Shown: positions 1 to 9,585 of the stretch, piece after piece
Layout of the letters: every line of letters starts with the position of its first letter
How positions within the stretch are numbered: position 1 is the stretch's first letter
Virus record (IMG/VR): IMGVR_UViG_3300033407_000007
Location: 6,546 to 70,545 of that record
DNA length: 64,000 nucleotides
Strand: one strand, 5' to 3'
Origin: a virus
Lineage: Duplodnaviria > Caudoviricetes
Translations under genes and position numbers: made by a program
Notes under the pieces: generated by a model
Seen by the model: only the letters and a program-made list of their open reading frames with translations
The model's database searches: none
What the model was told of the DNA's origin: nothing

Positions 1-1
1 G

Positions 2-148
2 TCCAGTGCGATTATTGAGGTGCTAGAGAGCGACGATAACCAAGATATCCACAGACAGGAAAAGGCCAGAGCCGATGAGCTACAGCAACAGCAGCAGTCC
101 AATATGCCGCAGGATCGACCCGAGGGACTGGCGGACGTGGCCCGATGA
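2..148 (+). CDS. 3' end of upstream gene, probably portal protein (partial)
   Basis: Open frame ...SSAIIEVLESDDNQDIHRQEKARADELQQQQQSNMPQDRPEGLADVAR* runs in from the window edge; portal identity from synteny only. Confidence 0.4.
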   Translation, partial: SSAIIEVLESDDNQDIHRQEKARADELQQQQQSNMPQDRPEGLADVAR

Positions 149-611
149 CCTTTGCCGTCGTATACTGGTAGACTACGGTGCCGGTGAGCTGGTCAAGGAT
201 ATAGCCGCAAAGGAGGGAATCGACCTGGTGACTGCTGGGAAGTTTTTGCGCAGTGCAGGCGTGGATACCAGAAATAACGCCAGTATCCAGTCAGCACCGT
301 CCGGCAAGCTGGACCTGGAGCTGCGATCTGTTATTGCCAAGCAGTTTCGCGGTGCTCATATCAGTGACTGGGATTTCGACGCGCGTACTAAGTCTGTGGA
401 GGCCGGGTTGAGAGCCGTTGCCGATAAGTGCAATGTGGAGTACACGGTAACTAGATCCATGTACATGTCCCTGGGTAGGATAGAATGGGTGAGCCTGGTG
501 TGTAATGCTGACCGCGAGGATCTGATCCCCAGTAAGGAATTACGGTCCAGACTGTTAGTGGAGATCACCTCGGCAATAAGGAGAGCCCTAGATGCCAGTG
601 AATCCATGTAG
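75..611 (+). CDS. hypothetical protein with N-terminal HTH-like segment (start uncertain)
   Basis: RRILVDYGAGELVKDIAAKEGIDLVTAGKFLRSAGV resembles an HTH; start overlaps the upstream frame. Confidence 0.5.
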   Translation: MSYSNSSSPICRRIDPRDWRTWPDDLCRRILVDYGAGELVKDIAAKEGIDLVTAGKFLRSAGVDTRNNASIQSAPSGKLDLELRSVIAKQFRGAHISDWDFDARTKSVEAGLRAVADKCNVEYTVTRSMYMSLGRIEWVSLVCNADREDLIPSKELRSRLLVEITSAIRRALDASESM

Positions 612-1620
612 CGTAGACGGAGTGTCTGGATACCGATGGGGTGAGCACGGTAAGTGCTACACAGGTACTGGTGCTAAGGCCAAGGCATCCATGCAGGGCA
701 GAGCCGCGAGGGCCAGTGGCTGGACTGGTAACATCCGGAGGTCCGTCACGGGTATAGACCCTACCCGCACCAAGACCCTGCGCAAGGCGTTCGAGCGTGA
801 GGTACTGCGCAGGATCAACTACGTCAAGCGCATGATAACGGAAGAGGTGGCTATACTGGATGGGTTCGGCCTAAAGCGTACGACCAACGCTACGTCCGAT
901 ATTACGACCAATGCCCGCTTTCAGTTTTCTAGTACCGTAGCCCAGGTGGATGCCTTTGAGAAGTACATCCGAGATCAACTCGGAGTATTGGCCAGTCAGG
1001 CAGAAGACCAATACTGGCAGGAGTACATCCGTCAAGGATACGAGAAGGGGGCTGGCCGCGCGTTCAGCGATGTAAACCAGGCTAAGCGTGCCAATGCTTT
1101 CGGCAGCGACACGGCCATGGCCCACTACGAAGGCACTAGGGAGGAATTTCTACGTAGTTCGTTCGCTGCTCAGGAAACAGTGGAGAAGGTCAAGCTGCTG
1201 GCCAGCCGTACCTTCACGGACCTGAAGAACGTGGAGGAAGCTACTGCTACTTCCCTCAGGAGGGTACTGACCGACGGACTGGTCAAGGGTGACAACCCCT
1301 GGACGATAGCCCGCGAGTTGAACAAGACGGTGGATAGTATCGGCAAGAACAGGTCGCTGATCATAGCCCGCACGGAGATTATCCGAGCCCATGCCGAGGG
1401 GCAACTGGACGCCTTGGAGCGAATGGGCGTGGCGGAGGTAGGAGTCCAGGTTGAGTGGTCCAGTGCTGGTGACGACCGGGTGTGCGAGCAGTGCCAGCCG
1501 CTAGAGGGCCAGATATTCAAGATCACTGACTCGCATGGGGTGATCCCTCTCCATCCACAGTGTAGGTGCGCGTGGATACCCTATACCGAGAGCGTGACTA
1601 AGGGACCGGTACGAGGTTAA
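592..1620 (+). CDS. head morphogenesis protein (SPP1 gp7 / Mu F-like)
   Basis: IARTEIIRAH...EWSSAGDDRVCEQC...PLHPQCRC motifs; position before the protease gene. Confidence 0.9.
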   Translation: MPVNPCSVDGVSGYRWGEHGKCYTGTGAKAKASMQGRAARASGWTGNIRRSVTGIDPTRTKTLRKAFEREVLRRINYVKRMITEEVAILDGFGLKRTTNATSDITTNARFQFSSTVAQVDAFEKYIRDQLGVLASQAEDQYWQEYIRQGYEKGAGRAFSDVNQAKRANAFGSDTAMAHYEGTREEFLRSSFAAQETVEKVKLLASRTFTDLKNVEEATATSLRRVLTDGLVKGDNPWTIARELNKTVDSIGKNRSLIIARTEIIRAHAEGQLDALERMGVAEVGVQVEWSSAGDDRVCEQCQPLEGQIFKITDSHGVIPLHPQCRCAWIPYTESVTKGPVRG

Positions 1621-1622
1621 CA

Positions 1623-1865
1623 ATGGATCGGCTGAGACCGACTGAGCAGGCGATATTTGACGTGCTGAGTGACGGCAGGCTGCACAAGCGGGACGACCTA
1701 ATGGCTTGTCTGCTGGACCCGCTGGCCGAGCGGTTGCATCTACAGAAGCACATCAGTTCATTACGTAAGAAGCTGCCTACCGACCTGATCATCGACGCCG
1801 TAGCTCGTGACCATACCATATGGTACCGCCTGGCTCGTAGGTACAACGGTCACAATGATGAGTAG
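1623..1865 (+). CDS. small winged-helix DNA-binding protein (OmpR C-terminal-like)
   Basis: LHKRDDLMACL...LQKHISSLRKKL...WYRL pattern. Confidence 0.65.
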   Translation: MDRLRPTEQAIFDVLSDGRLHKRDDLMACLLDPLAERLHLQKHISSLRKKLPTDLIIDAVARDHTIWYRLARRYNGHNDE

Positions 1866-1898
1866 CTATTACCCTCTTAAATTATGGAGTAGCTATTA
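1860..1898. promoter_or_regulatory. 12-bp direct repeat GAGTAGCTATTA x2, candidate operator
   Basis: Exact copies at 1860-1871 and 1887-1898, between the wHTH gene and the DUF2213 gene. Confidence 0.5.
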
Positions 1899-1958
1899 GA
1901 ACCTAATAAGGTGGGCTAGAGTTTTACAGAACGTAGCCTGAGGTAATGATATTGCGGT

Positions 1959-3422
1959 ATGCTACCGCAGCACCTCAGGGACTACGTGATGGAAAAACTG
2001 GTCGCTAATCTGACAGGACGTGCCAAGCGCCAGACCTACCAAGGTCGTGAATACCTGGTTGCACCAGCCACACTGATTGTCCCCGGGGTGCTGAACGGTA
2101 GCCAAGGTCCCCTCTTCTACCCTGAGGAAGAGCTGCAGCTCAACCCGGTTGCATGGGACGACTTACCCATCATCGTCTACCATCCTGCTAACAACACCAG
2201 CGGTCGCAAGACCGACGTGCTGGACAGGCAGGGGATAGGACGCATCTATAACACCCGCTACTCTGGCGGGCTAAAAGCCGACTTGTGGTTTGAAGAGGAC
2301 CGCGTCAAGGCGGTCGACCCCAGGGTCTACGATGCCTTACTCAACGGCACCAGCATCGAGCTGTCTACCGGCCTGGGCGTGGATCAGGAGAATGCTCCTG
2401 AGGGTAGTGTCCACAACGGCGTGGAGTACACCGCTGTAGCCCGCAACTACAGACCGGACCATTTGGCTATTCTGCCCGACCAGGTGGGTGCGTGCTCACT
2501 GAAGGACGGCTGTGGTGTGTACAACGAGCAGAGTATGGATGACCTGCGCATGGCCATAGACTCCGCTGTGCGTGAGAGGTATGGCAATGCTAGTAGTACA
2601 GAGAACGACGTGTGGGTGGTGGACGTATACTCTAACTACCTGATTTACCGCAGCGGCGAGGGTCTGTATCGCATAGGGTACAGCACCCCAGATGGTAAGA
2701 TCACAATAGCTGACGCCGATCCGGTGGAGGTGCGCCGCAAGACGGAGTATGAACCTGTGTCTAACTTGGACGGCCAGGTTGGCTCGTCCGATTCACTCTT
2801 GAATAGGGAGCCAGATATGGCCAACATGAAGCCCGAAGAGCGTAAGACCATCATCGATGGTCTAATTAGCAACAGTTGTTGCTGGGATGAGAAGGATCGA
2901 CCGGAGTTGGAGGCAATGACCGACAACCAACTGCGGCGTACCAAGGAGGCCGCTGACAAGGCGGTGGAGAACGAACAGATACTCACTGCTGCCGAGAAGG
3001 GATTCAATGATGGCAGGGACGAGATCAATTTTAACCGCGAGAAGCGGGAGTGGGCACGAACAACCAAGGAGACGCCAGTGGGAAACCAGGCAGCAGTACT
3101 CAGCGATGAGGACAGAGCCACATTGAACGCCGCTAAGGTGATCGTGGAAAACGAGGCCAAGCGACAGGCTGAAGAGAAGTCCGGCATTATAAGCCACATT
3201 CTCGGCAAGTACGCTGAAAACGATAGGGCGAAGCATAAGGCAGCTCTTGAAACGATGAACATCGACCAGTTGAGAGCTGCGTCGGGGTTGATTCAGGAAC
3301 AGCCAAACCGTTACGTGGGCCAGCCCTATGACACTCACAACCAACAGAAGTTGGACCAGACCGACATGTTGGTCGAGCCCGAACCTGAAGAGTATATTGT
3401 CAATAATGTCATCAAGAAGTGA
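1959..3422 (+). CDS. DUF2213-type prohead protease fused to a scaffold-like coiled region
   Basis: VPGVLNG, ELSTG, DHLAILPDQVGACS motifs; charged helical C-terminal half. Confidence 0.85.
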   Translation: MLPQHLRDYVMEKLVANLTGRAKRQTYQGREYLVAPATLIVPGVLNGSQGPLFYPEEELQLNPVAWDDLPIIVYHPANNTSGRKTDVLDRQGIGRIYNTRYSGGLKADLWFEEDRVKAVDPRVYDALLNGTSIELSTGLGVDQENAPEGSVHNGVEYTAVARNYRPDHLAILPDQVGACSLKDGCGVYNEQSMDDLRMAIDSAVRERYGNASSTENDVWVVDVYSNYLIYRSGEGLYRIGYSTPDGKITIADADPVEVRRKTEYEPVSNLDGQVGSSDSLLNREPDMANMKPEERKTIIDGLISNSCCWDEKDRPELEAMTDNQLRRTKEAADKAVENEQILTAAEKGFNDGRDEINFNREKREWARTTKETPVGNQAAVLSDEDRATLNAAKVIVENEAKRQAEEKSGIISHILGKYAENDRAKHKAALETMNIDQLRAASGLIQEQPNRYVGQPYDTHNQQKLDQTDMLVEPEPEEYIVNNVIKK

Positions 3423-3460
3423 TGGCCAGTACCAAAACATCAGTATAAGGAGAATGGCCC

Positions 3461-3943
3461 ATGCTGGGTACAAAAGTTTTGATCACCGGAGAGCCCAAAG
3501 GACGCGTGATAAACGGTATTGTTAGCGGTACCCCGAGTCCTGGAACTATTATGCAGATCGCTAATGCCGTGGAACCAGTGTCCGGCCGCTACACCTGGGA
3601 AGTGTTTGATCAGGCGGCAGATGGTGACCGTCCTAGCGGACCGGTTGCCGTGCTCCTGGAGAAGGGCGAGGGGTACGATTACAGTACAGCGTACGAGGAT
3701 GGCTATGACTGCCGGGTGTATATTCCACTACATGGTGATGAGTTGAATATGCTCGTGGCAGCCAGTGGTACCGCCACCAGTGATGCACAGGCCATCGGCG
3801 ATAAGTATATCATCGAAGACGGTACTGGCCTACTGATTGCCACAACTGGAACGCCGGAATGCGAGCCGTTTACGTGCATGGAAACGCTTACCGACGTGGT
3901 AGCTGCCGGTACCATGACTCATGTGATCTTTACGGGCTTCTGA
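3461..3943 (+). CDS. head decoration/cement protein
   Basis: 160 aa gene between protease and major capsid; G/T-rich beta-type sequence. Confidence 0.65.
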   Translation: MLGTKVLITGEPKGRVINGIVSGTPSPGTIMQIANAVEPVSGRYTWEVFDQAADGDRPSGPVAVLLEKGEGYDYSTAYEDGYDCRVYIPLHGDELNMLVAASGTATSDAQAIGDKYIIEDGTGLLIATTGTPECEPFTCMETLTDVVAAGTMTHVIFTGF

Positions 3944-3987
3944 TCCTACTGGGATCACCAGCTATAACCATACACGAGGAGAAAACA

Positions 3988-5178
3988 ATGACCCCAGTAT
4001 CAGACTACTTGATTGACGGCCAACCCCACGGGGACTTGGCCAATGAGTTTGCCGACAGCGGTTACAATAGCGGCGTCTGGCGACCCTACCTGGACCGCAA
4101 TGGCAACAAGTGCGTTACCGTCAATGTTGGTAAGCAGTACGATCCCACTAAGGGTCGCGAAGTTCCGACACGTGAGAAGATGACATTGCGTGAAGCAAGG
4201 TTCCGCGGTTATGACGCGCCTACATTGCACGTTAGCAATGCTACGATTCTCCGCAAAGATGAATGGATCATGTTTGACCGCGTGGTAGTAGAATCATCTA
4301 TGCAGAGACTGCGGGCATGGTCGGACCTGGCAGCGGCCAACACGATGACGCTCGACGGAATGAGTAATGAGATGCTGGAGCACGAGACCATTAATGATCC
4401 CGGGCAAGCCAGCGTGGATATGGATGGACTCAGCGACGGCACGGCAGATGGGGTGCTCTACCAGCTAGAGGGGATGCCCCTACCGTTCACCTATGAGTCC
4501 TTCTTCATCCCAGAGCGTAAGCTGGCCGTTAGCCGTAAGAACGGCAAGCCGCTTAGCACGCTGATGGCCAGCATCTGCGGCAGACGTGTCGCTGAGGTTA
4601 TTGAAAAGACTACCCTAGGTGTACTCGCAGGCATGCTCTATGGTACGAGCACTAACTACAGCCGAGCGCCTCAGGTTACCGGCTATACCAATCACCCTGC
4701 CCGCAATACGGCCACCCTCACTACGCCGACAGGTAGTAACAGCTCTACTACGGTTAGCGAAGTGTTGGCTATGCGCACCACCCTGTACGATGACGGGTTC
4801 TATGGGCCGTTCGTCTGTTACAACGGTACAGACTGGGACCGGTACCTGGACGACGATCACTTCAAATACGTGACCTCCGGTGGTGCTGCGCCGACCGGTA
4901 CGCTGCGGCAGCGTCTGATGCAGATTGAGGACATTACCGCCGTGCGTAGGGCGGACTACCTTACACCAACTTTAACCGGTGGTACATTTGACTTTGTCAT
5001 GGTCAGCCTCAGTCGGCCCGAGGTGTGCCGAGCAATCGTCGGTATGCCCATCAAGGTGCTCCAGTGGCCCAGCCGCGGCGGGGCGCAATTGAACTTCAAG
5101 GTAATCTGCATTAAGGCTCCTCAGATCCGTGCTGATTATAGTGGCAATAGCGGAATCAATCATGCCAGTGTCACCTGA
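3988..5178 (+). CDS. major capsid protein (HK97 fold)
   Basis: GAGGAG RBS before ATG 3988; about 396 aa; PLPFTYESF and GRRVAEVIE segments; synteny. Confidence 0.85.
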   Translation: MTPVSDYLIDGQPHGDLANEFADSGYNSGVWRPYLDRNGNKCVTVNVGKQYDPTKGREVPTREKMTLREARFRGYDAPTLHVSNATILRKDEWIMFDRVVVESSMQRLRAWSDLAAANTMTLDGMSNEMLEHETINDPGQASVDMDGLSDGTADGVLYQLEGMPLPFTYESFFIPERKLAVSRKNGKPLSTLMASICGRRVAEVIEKTTLGVLAGMLYGTSTNYSRAPQVTGYTNHPARNTATLTTPTGSNSSTTVSEVLAMRTTLYDDGFYGPFVCYNGTDWDRYLDDDHFKYVTSGGAAPTGTLRQRLMQIEDITAVRRADYLTPTLTGGTFDFVMVSLSRPEVCRAIVGMPIKVLQWPSRGGAQLNFKVICIKAPQIRADYSGNSGINHASVT

Positions 5179-5196
5179 CCTCCAGCCCGAGGTTAG

Positions 5197-5232
5197 CCCC
5201 CGCCTGGTCTGAAGCCCTGGGCTGGGCGGGGG
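5197..5232 (+). terminator. GC-rich hairpin after the capsid gene
   Basis: CCCCCGCCTGG...CTGGGCGGGGG stem with G-U pairs; no clear U-tail. Confidence 0.4.
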
Positions 5233-5264
5233 TGTATCTACCCAGGGTTGTAATTGGAGCGAAC

Positions 5265-5630
5265 ATGAAATTCAAGAATCTTATTGGGACCTATCAGGCC
5301 CCCAATCCGGACGGTCAACCGATCGTCTATCCTCAAGGTAGCGTGTTCGAGTCTAACATCGATCTGGCTAAAAGATTTAATGACCGCAGGGCCATTAAAT
5401 TCAAGCGCATGCCGGATGACTCTGAAGTACACGTAGCGGAAGTAGGTAAGTCTCGTCTGGATGAGGTAGACGATTCACCCTCAGAACCTGACGACGTGTT
5501 CAGCAGCATGACCTTGGCCGAGCTGCGCGAGGAGGCCCGCGAACACGACATTGACGTCAGTGGTGCTCGTACCAAGCGGGACGTGCTAAAGATCATTCGT
5601 GGAGCATCTACTGGCCTGGCTGGGGAGTAG
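5265..5630 (+). CDS. protein with C-terminal Rho-N/HeH-like domain
   Basis: SSMTLAELREEAREHDIDVSGARTKRDVLKII; common position after the MCP gene. Confidence 0.7.
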   Translation: MKFKNLIGTYQAPNPDGQPIVYPQGSVFESNIDLAKRFNDRRAIKFKRMPDDSEVHVAEVGKSRLDEVDDSPSEPDDVFSSMTLAELREEAREHDIDVSGARTKRDVLKIIRGASTGLAGE

Positions 5631-5634
5631 TCCT

Positions 5635-6051
5635 ATGGCTTGGCGAGTTAATCCAGAAGAGGTTGAGGCCATCATAAGAGATTATGACTCGGCTATCAAC
5701 CTGAAGCCCATGATCGTTGCGGCAAATGCCCTGACTGACGTGGTCAGTAGTAAGGACAGTGGGAGTCTACTCAATGCCAATCTTCTCCAGGAGATAGAGC
5801 GGCACTTGGCGGCGCACGTCTACGACGCCACAGACCATGAGGCTGCTGCCGAAACTACGGGTAAGTCAAATACCCAATACACTGGCCTGTATGGTAAGGG
5901 ATGTTTAGATGGCACTAGGCACGGCAAGCTAGCCATGATGCTGGACGTGACGGGGTATCTCTCTAGGCTCAACGAGGGGCGCAAGACGGCTACAGCTTCA
6001 TGGCTGGGCAAGCGAGTCAGTGAGCAGACCGACTACATAGACAGGTTCTGA
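5635..6051 (+). CDS. head-tail adaptor (DUF4054-like)
   Basis: IERHLAAH...LDGTRHGKLAMMLD pattern; synteny. Confidence 0.7.
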   Translation: MAWRVNPEEVEAIIRDYDSAINLKPMIVAANALTDVVSSKDSGSLLNANLLQEIERHLAAHVYDATDHEAAAETTGKSNTQYTGLYGKGCLDGTRHGKLAMMLDVTGYLSRLNEGRKTATASWLGKRVSEQTDYIDRF

Positions 6052-6053
6052 CC

Positions 6054-6434
6054 ATGGTAAGACCAGGTAGGACTGGGCGGCGACAGCAGGCAGTCTACTG
6101 GGCCCCACTAACCGGGGCAGGCAGTAAGACCAGTACAGGACGGCTGAAGGTCAGTAGCTCTAAGGTGCAGTTGGACGTGCGATGGGAGGCAGTTCAGCAG
6201 GATGCTCTGGACGGACAGGGTGACGTGATTAGGCTAGATGTTCAAGTTAAGGTATACCAGGACGTGGCCATAGGCGGGATTATGTGGCTTGGTAAGTTGA
6301 CTGCGTTGCCCGCGTCCCCCACGGACCTGTACGAGGTAGTGACATTTGATAAGGTCCCTGGCACTAAGGGTGCGGACTACGAGCGATGGGCTGGGTTGCA
6401 ACGGTACAGCAACGAACTACCGCCTACTGGATGA
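6054..6434 (+). CDS. head closure/stopper protein
   Basis: 126 aa, QQAVYWAP..., follows the adaptor gene. Confidence 0.6.
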   Translation: MVRPGRTGRRQQAVYWAPLTGAGSKTSTGRLKVSSSKVQLDVRWEAVQQDALDGQGDVIRLDVQVKVYQDVAIGGIMWLGKLTALPASPTDLYEVVTFDKVPGTKGADYERWAGLQRYSNELPPTG

Positions 6435-8005
6435 GATACATGCGTAGGATGCTGCTCGTCATAATCCTGATGTCCCCGTGGTGCGGGGGTGCGATTGCCC
6501 AGAGTACTACCACGTACAAGGGGATTACGGTGCAAGACCCGGCACCCACGGGGGCCGCTGGTCTGAGGTATGATAATAACTTCAAGGCTCTTGCTGACCG
6601 AGTCCCAGGGGCATCATACATCAAGACTACAGATCCCACCGTAGATGACGACGTGGACTTGGGATACTACCCAGGGTACATCTGGGTGAACGTGAACGGA
6701 CCTCTGTGGTGGGGATGTACGGACAACACGGATGGTGCCGCGAACTGGGAGCAGTTGAATGCGGCTGGAGATTCTGCGTATATCTCTGACGCTGTATACG
6801 GATCAGGCTGGGATGGTGTAACCACAATTGCACCTAGTAAGAATACTCTTTATGACCTATTGAGCACGTACGGAACAATGGCTACGCAGGACGCCGATGC
6901 CGTGGCAATAACGGGCGGCAGCGCCAGCGGCCTGACATCGCTGGGTATTGATATCACGCCGACTGAGGCTCTGCATCTGGAGTCTGCGGTGGCGACCGGC
7001 GAATTCTACGGCATGAAGATCCGCGACACGGCGCAGGTCCAGAAGGCGGAAGCCTATATTGGCGTCCAGGACGTAGGTGATTTCCCCCTGGCCGGCATTT
7101 GGCTGGGCGAGACGATGGTGCCCGACTTCGAGAATTACTCATTACTGTACTCCGCCAGCGGCATTTTATTTGGCAGTCCCGCGGGGCAATCGATGTATTT
7201 TCGCATCGGCAACGTCGACAAAATGATCGTCAGAAGCGGTGGCAACTTGGAGATGCCGAACGATTCGGCCTACCTGCTCTTGGGCGCTGGCCTGGACTAC
7301 GGCATCGCATGGGACGGCACCAACGCGGTACATTCGATCCCGTCCGGAAAATTCGATTTCAATGGGCCACTACAAATTTCGCCTGGCGCGTCCGTTGATC
7401 CGAGCAATAACGGAGACATGGTATTCGAGCTGACGTCCGATACTGTGCTGGCCGTAAAAGCAAAGGGCTCGGATGCTACTGTTCGGGCTGTGACGATCCC
7501 GTTGACTGATAGTACCGCGCTAATGGCAACCGATGTTGGTATTGCCGACAACAACCTCTTGGAGGTCGACGATGCCGACAACCTGGCTGTCGATGATTAT
7601 GCCAAGGTCACCGCCAGCGGGATCGTCGGCAGAACCTACGCGCAGGTCAAATCTGATCTGCAAATAGCCCAAGCTGCAGGAACAATCGATGCAGATGGCA
7701 CTGATGATATTGATTGGAGTTCAAATCATTTTTGGATCGTGACCGTCGATATCAATGAGGTCTTAACGTTTACCGATCCGCCCGCTGCTGGTGAATCTCT
7801 CCGTATGGTGGCAATCCAGTCCGGTGGTAGTAACACCCTAGACGTGGCGAGTGCGACTGAGACGATCTATTGGCCCGATACAGATAGCGACGGGGATGGG
7901 GATGTCCCTACGTTTCCGGCGACGGCTGGGCAAAGGATGGCCTACACATTTCTGTTCGACGGAACGAATTACTATGCGACTGGAATTCCGTATGGAACTC
8001 CGTGA
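6431..8005 (+). CDS. fibre/appendage-like protein with apparent Sec signal peptide
   Basis: MRYMRRMLLVIILMSPWCGGAIA|Q; GTMATQDADAVAITGG fibre-type motif; beta-rich C-terminus. Confidence 0.6.
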   Translation: MRYMRRMLLVIILMSPWCGGAIAQSTTTYKGITVQDPAPTGAAGLRYDNNFKALADRVPGASYIKTTDPTVDDDVDLGYYPGYIWVNVNGPLWWGCTDNTDGAANWEQLNAAGDSAYISDAVYGSGWDGVTTIAPSKNTLYDLLSTYGTMATQDADAVAITGGSASGLTSLGIDITPTEALHLESAVATGEFYGMKIRDTAQVQKAEAYIGVQDVGDFPLAGIWLGETMVPDFENYSLLYSASGILFGSPAGQSMYFRIGNVDKMIVRSGGNLEMPNDSAYLLLGAGLDYGIAWDGTNAVHSIPSGKFDFNGPLQISPGASVDPSNNGDMVFELTSDTVLAVKAKGSDATVRAVTIPLTDSTALMATDVGIADNNLLEVDDADNLAVDDYAKVTASGIVGRTYAQVKSDLQIAQAAGTIDADGTDDIDWSSNHFWIVTVDINEVLTFTDPPAAGESLRMVAIQSGGSNTLDVASATETIYWPDTDSDGDGDVPTFPATAGQRMAYTFLFDGTNYYATGIPYGTP

Positions 8006-8043
8006 TAATCACAGCAGATTAGGGAATCAAAGAGGAGCGAAAC

Positions 8044-8313
8044 ATGGATTGGTCGTCATTCATTTCGTCGATGCTAGGGGCGATGGTAGCCGTTAGCGGT
8101 TTCGCCTTCTGGCTCGGCGGGCTGGCCCGATCGGTTAAATCGATTCGCGAGTCGATGATCGAGGCGGTTAACGCCATCCGCCAGACATGCGAGGAACGCA
8201 AGGGCGACCACTGCCATCATTACCAGGCGATCAGCGACCACAATGTCCAGATCGGCCGGCTCGATACGCGGGTAATGTCGTTGGAGGCGTGGCGGCAGAA
8301 AGCCGATGGGTGA
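8044..8313 (+). CDS. holin-like small membrane protein
   Basis: One N-terminal TM segment followed by coiled coil (GRLDTRVMSLE). Confidence 0.5.
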   Translation: MDWSSFISSMLGAMVAVSGFAFWLGGLARSVKSIRESMIEAVNAIRQTCEERKGDHCHHYQAISDHNVQIGRLDTRVMSLEAWRQKADG

Positions 8314-8380
8314 ATGCGATGGAAAACCCCAACAACTACGGCAAATGTGATGATCAAGTAACCGAAAGAAAGGATAGACA

Positions 8381-8839
8381 ATGGCACGATCACAGGCGGA
8401 CATTGCGGCACTTTATACGGAGTTGACGACCGATCCAAACACACTCGGATTGACGCCGCCTCCAACGATTAACGACGTTGGAAATGCCGACTTGCTCAAC
8501 GAAGTGCTCGTAGCCCAGCAGGTCGACCGCAAAGCGATTCCGGTCAACGAGTTGGCCCAGCAGGTCGACCGCACGGAGTTCAATGCCCTGTCTCCGGGAG
8601 ATCAAAATTGGTTGATGCTCGTTATGCAAACGGGCTCGCTCGACATAAACGATACAGGCCAGATCAAGCAGGGCCTATTGCAATGTTTCGGTGTCGGAAG
8701 CGAGACGCGCCAGGGCATGGCATCGCGGTTGACTGAGGCGGTGAACCGTGTCGAGCAGATGTACCGACAAGGACTGTTGGAAGTTGGCGGCTACGTGACT
8801 CCGAGTGACATCTCAGCAGCGAGGCAATACACGCCGTGA
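8381..8839 (+). CDS. hypothetical protein
   Basis: 152 aa ORF with AAGGA RBS; overlaps the next gene. Confidence 0.6.
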   Translation: MARSQADIAALYTELTTDPNTLGLTPPPTINDVGNADLLNEVLVAQQVDRKAIPVNELAQQVDRTEFNALSPGDQNWLMLVMQTGSLDINDTGQIKQGLLQCFGVGSETRQGMASRLTEAVNRVEQMYRQGLLEVGGYVTPSDISAARQYTP

Positions 8840-9585
8840 CGCTCGATGAAATGGCACTTGCTCTCGCCGTGGAGTTGATTCGTAAAAGCGGTGTGCGTGA
8901 GTGGGATGAGGATCAGTCTACGATGCGGGCCAACCTCGCGGCGGCTGCGAGGGAGATGGCCGTTGACCTTTATTTTGGAGATTTAGAACTGATGGTGACC
9001 AAGATTCTCATCACAGAGATGGACGGCACGCCGAAGCAGATTTGCTTCGCGGATCATGCCACCGACTTCAACCCGACAGCGGCAAACGACCTCCGCAAGA
9101 CAACAGATGCCAGCCAGGAAACCGACGTGCAGTTGGACCTGACGAGCCTGGCTGATTCGGCCTACCGGCAAAGTACAAAGGTTGACTTAGGCGCGGATCG
9201 GGCTGCGACCTACATGGTGCGAGCCGCGTTTGAGCTGGCGGCAACGCCGACTGCTGGTGATGTGATTTCGCTGTACTGGGCGCCGTCCTGGTCCGCGACC
9301 GCTGGAACCGGAAACCCAGGCGGTGCGAGCGGTGCCGATGCGGCCTACGACGGCTATTCAGCGAACGGCGACAGTGCGGTGAATCAACTGGTTCACATCG
9401 GCGATTTCATCTGCACCGTTCAGGCGACGGCGACTGTTCAGGTTGCCGAGGTGGGAATGTTCACGCCGACGGAGCGGTACGGTTCGCTGATCGTGCGGAA
9501 CGAGAGCGGGGCGGCATTCCACACCGACGCGGTCGAGTCTCATGTCGTGTTTGACCCAGTAATTGACGAGTTCCAAAACGCATGA
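8836..9585 (+). CDS. putative virion structural protein
   Basis: A/T/G-rich beta-type sequence; coupled overlap with neighbours. Confidence 0.5.
   Translation: MTLDEMALALAVELIRKSGVREWDEDQSTMRANLAAAAREMAVDLYFGDLELMVTKILITEMDGTPKQICFADHATDFNPTAANDLRKTTDASQETDVQLDLTSLADSAYRQSTKVDLGADRAATYMVRAAFELAATPTAGDVISLYWAPSWSATAGTGNPGGASGADAAYDGYSANGDSAVNQLVHIGDFICTVQATATVQVAEVGMFTPTERYGSLIVRNESGAAFHTDAVESHVVFDPVIDEFQNA

Noticed and set aside
2645-3473. Long antisense ORFs across structural genes (also 13731-14312, 14757-15368, 15642-16430, 32807-33514, 38361-38987)
   Set aside because: Shadow frames of well-supported genes, with no motifs or RBS
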